Positions 58,239-64,000 of a stretch of DNA of 64,000 bases are shown here, piece by piece (within the stretch, counting starts at the first letter, position 1; each line of letters opens with the position of its first letter). Under the pieces are notes generated by a model. That model was not told the DNA's origin. It made no database searches and saw only the letters and a list, made by a program, of their open reading frames with translations. The stretch is from Thermodesulfobacteriota bacterium. GTDB lineage: Bacteria > Desulfobacterota > Desulfarculia > JACQYL01. Position numbers and translations under genes: made by a program. The stretch lies in assembly GCA_963675595.2 (NCBI GenBank), contig CAXXLZ010000002.1, positions 864,001 to 928,000 on the forward strand. Reading direction: 5' to 3'.

Positions 58239-58760
58239 TCAGGTTTTTCCTCCCAGCAGCTTGGCCTTGTCCTCTATCGACCTCCGGTACTCCACGGTAT
58301 CCCTGAGTTCCTTGCCCAAAAACAGAATGTCCCTGAAATAGGCGGCAAGTTCCATTCTCCGGTCCCGCTCGAGATCGATCTTCCGCGTCTCCAATCCGAT
58401 CCAGTCCCGGTCCCTTCGATAGACCTTGTAGCCCATCTCGAAAATAAGGTTCTGGCAGGCGCAGAGATCCCGCTCGATGCCGTAGAGGTTCTCCTCCTTG
58501 ATCAGCCTCCGCTTATCGATGGCTTCGATCACGGCTTCGATCCGATCTTCCGTCCTTTGAATCTTCGCTCCCAACATCCCTTCCAGGCTCGGAACCCCCA
58601 CATTTTTTTCGGAGGGCACACCTTCGTAAACAGAAGGGGACGCCAAGTACGACGCTCCGCTTCCGTAAGGGGAGACCAAGTAGGACGCGCCGCTTCCGTA
58701 ATCCCGTGTGGCCCGCATGGGAGAGTACGAATCAAGCCGCGAAAAATAATCATCACTCAT
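58239..58760 (-). CDS. Coiled-coil hypothetical protein, first gene of the nuclease-ATPase operon
   Basis: 173 aa; no SD; TATA-like box 29 nt upstream; internal 33-bp duplication. Confidence 0.75.
   Translation of the reverse strand: MSDDYFSRLDSYSPMRATRDYGSGASYLVSPYGSGASYLASPSVYEGVPSEKNVGVPSLEGMLGAKIQRTEDRIEAVIEAIDKRRLIKEENLYGIERDLCACQNLIFEMGYKVYRRDRDWIGLETRKIDLERDRRMELAAYFRDILFLGKELRDTVEYRRSIEDKAKLLGGKT
58635..58700. repeat. 33-bp tandem duplication encoding YGSGASYL(V/A)SP x2
   Basis: AGGGGACGCCAAGTACGACGCTCCGCTTCCGTA / AGGGGAGACCAAGTAGGACGCGCCGCTTCCGTA. Confidence 0.85.
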
Positions 58761-58781
58761 AAGTAGTTGAAATCAGCTTCT

Positions 58782-58798
58782 TATATAAAAAGCTTTCC
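58782..58798 (-). promoter_or_regulatory. BRE/TATA-like motif GGAAAGCTTTTTATATA
   Basis: TTTATATA starts 29 nt before ATG 58760 with no Shine-Dalgarno in between. Confidence 0.6.
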
Positions 58799-58989
58799 CT
58801 TTTTCCCGCTCAAATGAACGACCCGAAGCCAAACAGCTACACACGAATCCCTTTCAGAGGCCACTTACTGGTCAATGGCGGATGAAATTGGAAGGCGTCC
58901 CCGCCGTCCCCAACCCCGAACGAAAGGAGGAGATATCCGATCAAAAAACGCTGCGCCTTAACCCCTTTTCGAAAAAGGAGACCCAAGCC

Positions 58990-59838
58990 ATGGCTGCAAA
59001 AGCATCCTGTGGAAGGAGAAATCCGCCGGCATTGAAGAGCGGCAACACCGGTCATTACGACCTCGATCTCATGCTCGGCCATTCGCCCTTCCAGCCCCTC
59101 ATGCCCGTGGAAGCGTTGAAGCGCGCTCAAAATCATGCCTGGCTCTCGAAGAAACTGAAAAGAACCTTCGAGGAAAACGTGGCCTGCGGCATGAACTCGG
59201 TTCTGGAGGGATGGCCTCTCCAGGCTGAAACACGCCTCTGCAAGGCTCTTCAGGCCTTTGACGACGACAGGATCAAGCGCGTCACAGGCGCCTTGAAAGA
59301 GGTCTATTACAACGGCGGCCTCATGGGACACGTGGAGTCGCTTCAGCCTCCCATCCGACTCAAAGGAAAGGACTTCGTCTGGCACGGCGAGTTGGTGGGA
59401 GGAATGCGGGAATTTTCCAGAGACGATCAGGTCATTCCGTTCAAGATTCACGAAAGGATCGTTTACCTGAGGGAAGCCGGTATTCGGTTCCCGGAATACG
59501 CGATGTTCGTTCCCGGTGAATCCTTTGACCCCTCCAAGAAGGAACTGGCCAGGCAGGAACTCGGCAAGATGGGCAAGGAACTCGTCCTTGCCGCCAAAGC
59601 CACGGGTACCGCTGTGAAGGTAACGGCCAAGGCCGTGTTCGACGAGACCAAGGCAGTGGCGAGAACGGTCGGAAAAGCACCGGGGCTTTTCGCCGGCGCA
59701 TTTGCCGCCGTGCCCACGGCCATTGCAATCCCCATGGCTCTTGCGGCGGTTCCCGACCCGATCTTGTGCGGGGTCATTCGTCTGTCCAATCCCAAGACCG
59801 GAGGCTATGTCCTCATCAACCTCGGCAAATGGATCTAA
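58990..59838 (+). CDS. Hypothetical protein with hydrophobic Ala-rich C-terminal segment
   Basis: RBS AAGGAG; ends VPDPILCGVI...LINLGKWI. Confidence 0.7.
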   Translation: MAAKASCGRRNPPALKSGNTGHYDLDLMLGHSPFQPLMPVEALKRAQNHAWLSKKLKRTFEENVACGMNSVLEGWPLQAETRLCKALQAFDDDRIKRVTGALKEVYYNGGLMGHVESLQPPIRLKGKDFVWHGELVGGMREFSRDDQVIPFKIHERIVYLREAGIRFPEYAMFVPGESFDPSKKELARQELGKMGKELVLAAKATGTAVKVTAKAVFDETKAVARTVGKAPGLFAGAFAAVPTAIAIPMALAAVPDPILCGVIRLSNPKTGGYVLINLGKWI

Positions 59839-59893
59839 TGCCTCAAACCCGCCCCTCGATTCCGGGGGCGGGTGCGGGAAAGGAGGATCGTGT

Positions 59894-60598
59894 ATGGCAG
59901 GATTTGAAGACTTACCGTCGGGAGTGGTCTTGGGAAGAAACGGCAGGCCTGAAGCGGATTCATGGAGTGCCTGGTATCTGCGAGCGCTCCATTGGCAGGT
60001 CATGATGCTCTTCTTTGTCGTTGTCGCGCTTGTCGGTCACTACATGATCGCCCGGTACGGTATCGCTTCCAAGGACTTCCTGGTGTTCGTCCTGGTCTCG
60101 GGTCTGGTCTTCTGGGCCTTGATCCTAAGGGCGTTTTTCATCCTGAGAGGATTTCTGCAACCGAGAACAAGGCTCATCGCAAGCATCCTCTGTAGCGCCC
60201 TCATCCTGGCTCTTCCCTATCTCTACTTCGTCAATTCGGGAGCCGGGTTTTCCTTCGAGGGTCTGCTGAACGCCATCCGCCTGCCGGATTATGTCTTCCG
60301 TAAGGAACCGGTGCATTCGGTGCCCTACGATCCCTGGGACCCGACCCACGGTTACGTGACCTACAAACTGAATCCCTATGCCGAAGTCGTCCTCCGCGAC
60401 AAGGACGATCATGTGATCTCTTCCTTCGAGACCCACTACCGCTTCAACCAGAAGCTCCCTGCCGGTTGTTATACCCTGGAGATGAATTACCTGGGACGAA
60501 ACATCCAGGACAAGATCATTGTCCGGGCCGGGGAAAGGTACGTGGTCAAAGCCAACATGTTCAGAATGGACACCGAGATCTTCGGGGAGGGAGGATGA
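59894..60598 (+). CDS. Membrane protein (3 TM) with a soluble beta-rich C-terminal domain
   Basis: RBS AGGAGG; three hydrophobic segments. Confidence 0.75.
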   Translation: MAGFEDLPSGVVLGRNGRPEADSWSAWYLRALHWQVMMLFFVVVALVGHYMIARYGIASKDFLVFVLVSGLVFWALILRAFFILRGFLQPRTRLIASILCSALILALPYLYFVNSGAGFSFEGLLNAIRLPDYVFRKEPVHSVPYDPWDPTHGYVTYKLNPYAEVVLRDKDDHVISSFETHYRFNQKLPAGCYTLEMNYLGRNIQDKIIVRAGERYVVKANMFRMDTEIFGEGG

Positions 60599-60604
60599 GT
60601 CGCC

Positions 60605-61045
60605 ATGAAAAAGACATCGTTGATCGCCCTGTTCCTGATCCTCTCCCTCGGCTGCGGGAAACGAACCGTGGTGAGGGAACGAACGATCATCCGATACCAA
60701 CCCGTTCCTGTGAAAGAGGAAGTGCGGGTGGTGGAAAAGGCGCCGGTCAACCATTTTACGGTGAACTATCCCAAGCAGACCGCGGACGGCTACTTCGAGA
60801 CCGGCAAGATCGCCTACGGAAACTGTAATTTTCAGGAAGCCATGCGATGTTTCGCCGTTGTGCTGAACAGCTCGGCTCCGCCGGAGATCATCGCTGAGTC
60901 CTACGCCTACATGGGAGCCTGCTGTTTCTACGAAGGAAGAATGCGAGAGGCTGAGATGTTTTGTGAAAAGGCCAGGAAGACCTACCCCCAAATCAGACTT
61001 CGCCGGGAGGAATTCCCCAGAGAGGTGATCGAATTTTGTAACTGA
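60605..61045 (+). CDS. TPR-containing lipoprotein
   Basis: Lipobox SLGC; two TPR-like helical hairpins. Confidence 0.75.
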   Translation: MKKTSLIALFLILSLGCGKRTVVRERTIIRYQPVPVKEEVRVVEKAPVNHFTVNYPKQTADGYFETGKIAYGNCNFQEAMRCFAVVLNSSAPPEIIAESYAYMGACCFYEGRMREAEMFCEKARKTYPQIRLRREEFPREVIEFCN

Positions 61046-61065
61046 AAAAGCCTCCTTTCTCCGTC

Positions 61066-61090
61066 AAAAGGGCTCTATCGGAGCCCTTTT
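61066..61090 (+). terminator. Bidirectional-type terminator
   Basis: AAAAGGGCTC-TATCG-GAGCCCTTTT. Confidence 0.75.
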
Positions 61091-62077
61091 CTTATGCCCG
61101 AAAGATGGGAAATAATCTCAGTATTACTCAAATATAAACTTACATAAACCTGCATAAACTCACCAAAGACATAAAAAACCACACGAAAACTTGTTTTCGT
61201 GTGATATAAAATCATAGCTTTAATTATCTCACATAATCGCCAAGACCACCAAAAGCCCGCCGGAGGCGGGCCCCGCCCGCAGGGCGAAGGGGCGTTGGGT
61301 TCGTTAGAACCCGACTCACCGTGAACCCCATGGGGTTCACCAACCCACTCCCATCAAATTTCCATCGAACCGCTCCGATCCCAAAAGACCCCGATATCCA
61401 TCATCGGTCTTCCTCGGATCATAAAGTGACGATTTCCCAATCCCTAAAATCCGACTCTTCGGACATACCCAACCCCCCCCCCCCCGATCTCACCTCCGCC
61501 GTGGAACCAATCACCCATCTTCCCGACGGTAGGATACTCCCACCGGAAGCAGCCGCTCCGGACCACTCTCCCCTTCCAAAGAAGCATGCGTAGTAAGCAT
61601 CCGCTCAACGGATCGCATGCGCAACCCAAGTGTTCTTCCCGGTCATCGGCACACTTCGGAACCAGGGTCTTCAGTGTCACACGAAACCCGCCCTCTAAAA
61701 TGAATAGCGCCACCCGGCTCGTACCGATACGACCCGGCATGGCCACTTCATCGAGCGCTTGCCCAGACGAAAGCCGCAACGGCTCGCCCTTCTTGAAAGC
61801 GCTCAACGGTAATTCCCGCTCGCGGCACGAATTGCCGGCGACAATCATTACCACAAACATGGCCATGAAAAGGACGCCACTGACCGGCCTCATGGCCTTG
61901 CCCATCTCGCTCCGAGATGAAAAACTTTCGGCCGATGCCCGGAGCAGCGGACATCCGACCGCAAAGCTTATTAAGGAGCCGTCCTCAACTCTCCATACGC
62001 AGAGCGCATAGAGGAGAGCAACCATTCGAACGACTCCGTCGCCGCTCTGCCGAAAACCGACGTTCTAACACAGCGAA

Positions 62078-62632
62078 TCAGGGGCCTCGTTGCCCCTGCC
62101 AAATCTCCGCCGCTTTTTCTACAAGCCCGACAAGCTCCCTTGCCTTGCGGCGATGCTCGAAAGCCTGCTCCCGGTCACGACTTACTTGGGAGCGTCTCAT
62201 GTGCTCCATCGCGGGACCCATGAACTCATCCTCGACAAGAAGCTTGGCTCGCCCGAGCGTGTTCCGCTTTCCGTCATCATTCGAAAGACAGCTGTGCATG
62301 ATCGCCAAGTCCTGGATTTGCTCGAGCACTTTCCCGATCCTGTACCGCCGTTTGTCCACTTCGTATTTCCCGCAAACTCGCTCGAAGTCCCAGGTATTGA
62401 AAGCGCTTTCTGGATCAGACCAATCAAGCCATGCCCGGCTTTGGCCCTGTTCAGCTACCCGCATGATGGGCTCGTGCTCGCTCTGCACGTACCAGGCGAT
62501 GAATTCCTGGGCCTCGTCTTTCTCGTCGTCACTGTATCCAAGCCATGGATCGCTACTGCGCAGGATTTTCAATCCTGCTGGTGCCGGTGTGTCGAGTACG
62601 CTATATTCAACTACAACTTGTTTTTGTTTCAT
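62078..62632 (-). CDS. Hypothetical protein
   Basis: Start MKQKQVV after GGGAGG; helical. Confidence 0.65.
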   Translation of the reverse strand: MKQKQVVVEYSVLDTPAPAGLKILRSSDPWLGYSDDEKDEAQEFIAWYVQSEHEPIMRVAEQGQSRAWLDWSDPESAFNTWDFERVCGKYEVDKRRYRIGKVLEQIQDLAIMHSCLSNDDGKRNTLGRAKLLVEDEFMGPAMEHMRRSQVSRDREQAFEHRRKARELVGLVEKAAEIWQGQRGP

Positions 62633-62957
62633 GATGCCTTCCTCCCGGAGTCCGATTCTTTGACCGGACTCTCTCGGCTGTGTATTCACCGAGAGAGTGG
62701 AGGGATCATCAAAAGAGGAAGGAAACATTCGGAGACGTAAGTCGATCTGCCGGTGGTAGAATCGTTTTCAGGCGACCCTCGCAGAGGGGAAAGGCTTAAA
62801 TAGGGCTTTCGGCGATGGAGCCGAATCCCATTTATGCCTTTAGCCGTGAAGAAAACGGTAGCTACTCGAAGCTGATACCATATCGATACGCCTATCCTAT
62901 AATCCGGAAGAGCTTCTTCGCTTTGATCCAGAAACTGGATATGCTACAATCGATTGC

Positions 62958-63164
62958 ATGGGCTATACCAGACAGCGCCTCAAGCCATGGCAACGCCTTG
63001 GTATCACCAAAAAGCAATACCTCACCAGTAAGCCCTGGAAAGGCACCGGTCTCTCCAGAGAGAAGTACGAGGAAGTTATCTCGGTGGTACCGCTGGAGCA
63101 TTTGAATGACCTGAAGATCGAGGCAGAAGCCGAGGCTTTGCTCGAAAGGTTGTTTGCAGGATAA
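62958..63164 (+). CDS. Small hypothetical protein with internal repeat (KPWQRLGITKKQY / KPWKGTGLSREKY)
   Basis: 68 aa; repeat visible at protein level. Confidence 0.55.
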   Translation: MGYTRQRLKPWQRLGITKKQYLTSKPWKGTGLSREKYEEVISVVPLEHLNDLKIEAEAEALLERLFAG

Positions 63165-63223
63165 TCACTTGCAATGCCTGGCCATGTGGGCAAAGTTGTA
63201 TGCGATGACCTCCATCAGCAGCT

Positions 63224-63260
63224 TGGCCACGGGTGGTCCCCATTTCACTTTCCACTTGCA
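63224..63260 (-). mobile_element. Solo IS21 end related to the 35219 terminus
   Basis: Reverse complement TGCAAGTGGAAAGTGAAATGGGGACCACCCGTGGCCA vs TGTAAATGGAAAGTCAAATGGGGACCACCCGTGGCCA (3 mismatches in 37). Confidence 0.85.
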
Positions 63261-63365
63261 GGTGGCCTCAAACCGATGAAAGCCGATCTTGTCCCAGAGA
63301 GGAGTATTCTTCGTCCTACTTGATCCCATTCTTGACATCCCTTTGGAACAAAGGCTTTGTGTGGG

Positions 63366-64000
63366 TCATTGAAAAACCGTTCGTTCCATTAAGTCCGATT
63401 TAAGAATCAATCGGATAATCTTTGCTGAGAAGGAAGCTACCTGTCCTTTGGTCAACGACACTTCAACCTGATTGTCTGCTTTCCCCGCGATTGCAATTAA
63501 ATCCGGGACAATATGGTGTTCAAAAATATCTGAATCCACTGGAAGAAATGCCCCTGAAGTCATGTAGAAATTCCTCAACGGAATAACCCTGCCTGCAAAA
63601 ATGGCACCTTCTACATGGCTCATCCCCAGGTTCTTGTCCATAAGAGCTAAGGTGTCCCGCTTCAAGACGTCGGTAAGTTCCAATCCCTTACCTTTCAGGA
63701 CCCTTTCAGCGAAGAAAACTGAGTAACGAGAATTGATCATTCCCTGGAGGACGGTCATCTCATCGGAAAATGGTGCCAGATCAATAGATTCAAGGTACCG
63801 TTCGACCAAATTCTTTCCTTTGGGGCGATGATTATAAAGGATGTAGTCAGTGAGGATATCAAGTTCCGTTTCGTTCTGAAAAACGATCGTCTTTCTATTG
63901 ATCATGCCAAGTTTTTTGGCGTACTTGAGGACGGCAGGCTTGGGAATTTGTTTGGTCAGGGCAGCATTTATTGCAAAGCCGACTTGGCGTAATCGTTGGT
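63366..64000 (-). CDS. Hypothetical protein, 5' end outside window
   Basis: Frame stays open to the window edge upstream of the tracked 179-aa ORF. Confidence 0.7.
   Translation of the reverse strand, partial: QRLRQVGFAINAALTKQIPKPAVLKYAKKLGMINRKTIVFQNETELDILTDYILYNHRPKGKNLVERYLESIDLAPFSDEMTVLQGMINSRYSVFFAERVLKGKGLELTDVLKRDTLALMDKNLGMSHVEGAIFAGRVIPLRNFYMTSGAFLPVDSDIFEHHIVPDLIAIAGKADNQVEVSLTKGQVASFSAKIIRLILKSDLMERTVFQ

Larger units (their letters stand above)
4070..64000. mobile_element. Integrated element or genomic island at tRNA-Val; right boundary not seen; may be a tandem or composite of two related elements
   Basis: Integrase and excisionase abut the tRNA 3' end. All downstream content is accessory (replication initiator, HerA ATPases, RadC, IS21, intron, defence genes) and no housekeeping gene resumes. 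Confidence 0.8.

Noticed and set aside
61464-61476. Long poly-C tract as a phase-variation switch
   Set aside because: It is not within a supported gene or clear promoter and may be a homopolymer artefact.
4070-64000. Prophage; also an attR copy of the tRNA 3' end
   Set aside because: No recognisable terminase, portal, capsid or tail genes. I saw no repeat of GGTTCGAATCCTGTCCCGCCTACCA by eye, though a degenerate copy could have been missed.

Overview
Bases 1-4069 are bacterial chromosome: the 3' part of clpX, lon and tRNA-Val(TAC). The proteins and GC-rich codon style suggest a Desulfobacterota/deltaproteobacterial host, which is an inference. Right after the tRNA, a tyrosine integrase/excisionase pair starts an integrated element that seems to run past the right edge, since I saw no attR. 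The most striking signal is that the element backbone looks archaeal. It has a full-length Orc1/Cdc6-type initiator (41558-42826) next to an AT-rich tract flanked by ORB-like boxes. At least six backbone genes are preceded by a BRE/TATA-like motif, three of them 29-30 nt upstream of the ATG. The backbone also carries two paralogous HerA/VirB4-ATPase + wHTH-nuclease modules (one fused, one split), a Cas4/AddB-like nuclease and a leading-region-like operon (PC4-like SSB, RadC, DUF2958, Ycf46-type AAA ATPase, DUF1257, DUF2997). The AAA gene is split in phase 0 by a group II intron. Cargo comprises an ECF-like sigma/anti-sigma/TPR-CHAT protease trio and two secreted caspase-PEGA-CLec(FGE) proteins plus a pseudogene whose 3' ends show the mutation pattern of diversity-generating retroelement (DGR) variable regions, with no template or DGR RT in the window. 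It also includes a MADS/DndFGH-like restriction trio whose methylase and regulator have decayed, and nested IS21 elements. All family calls come from motif recognition by eye; no database search was run.
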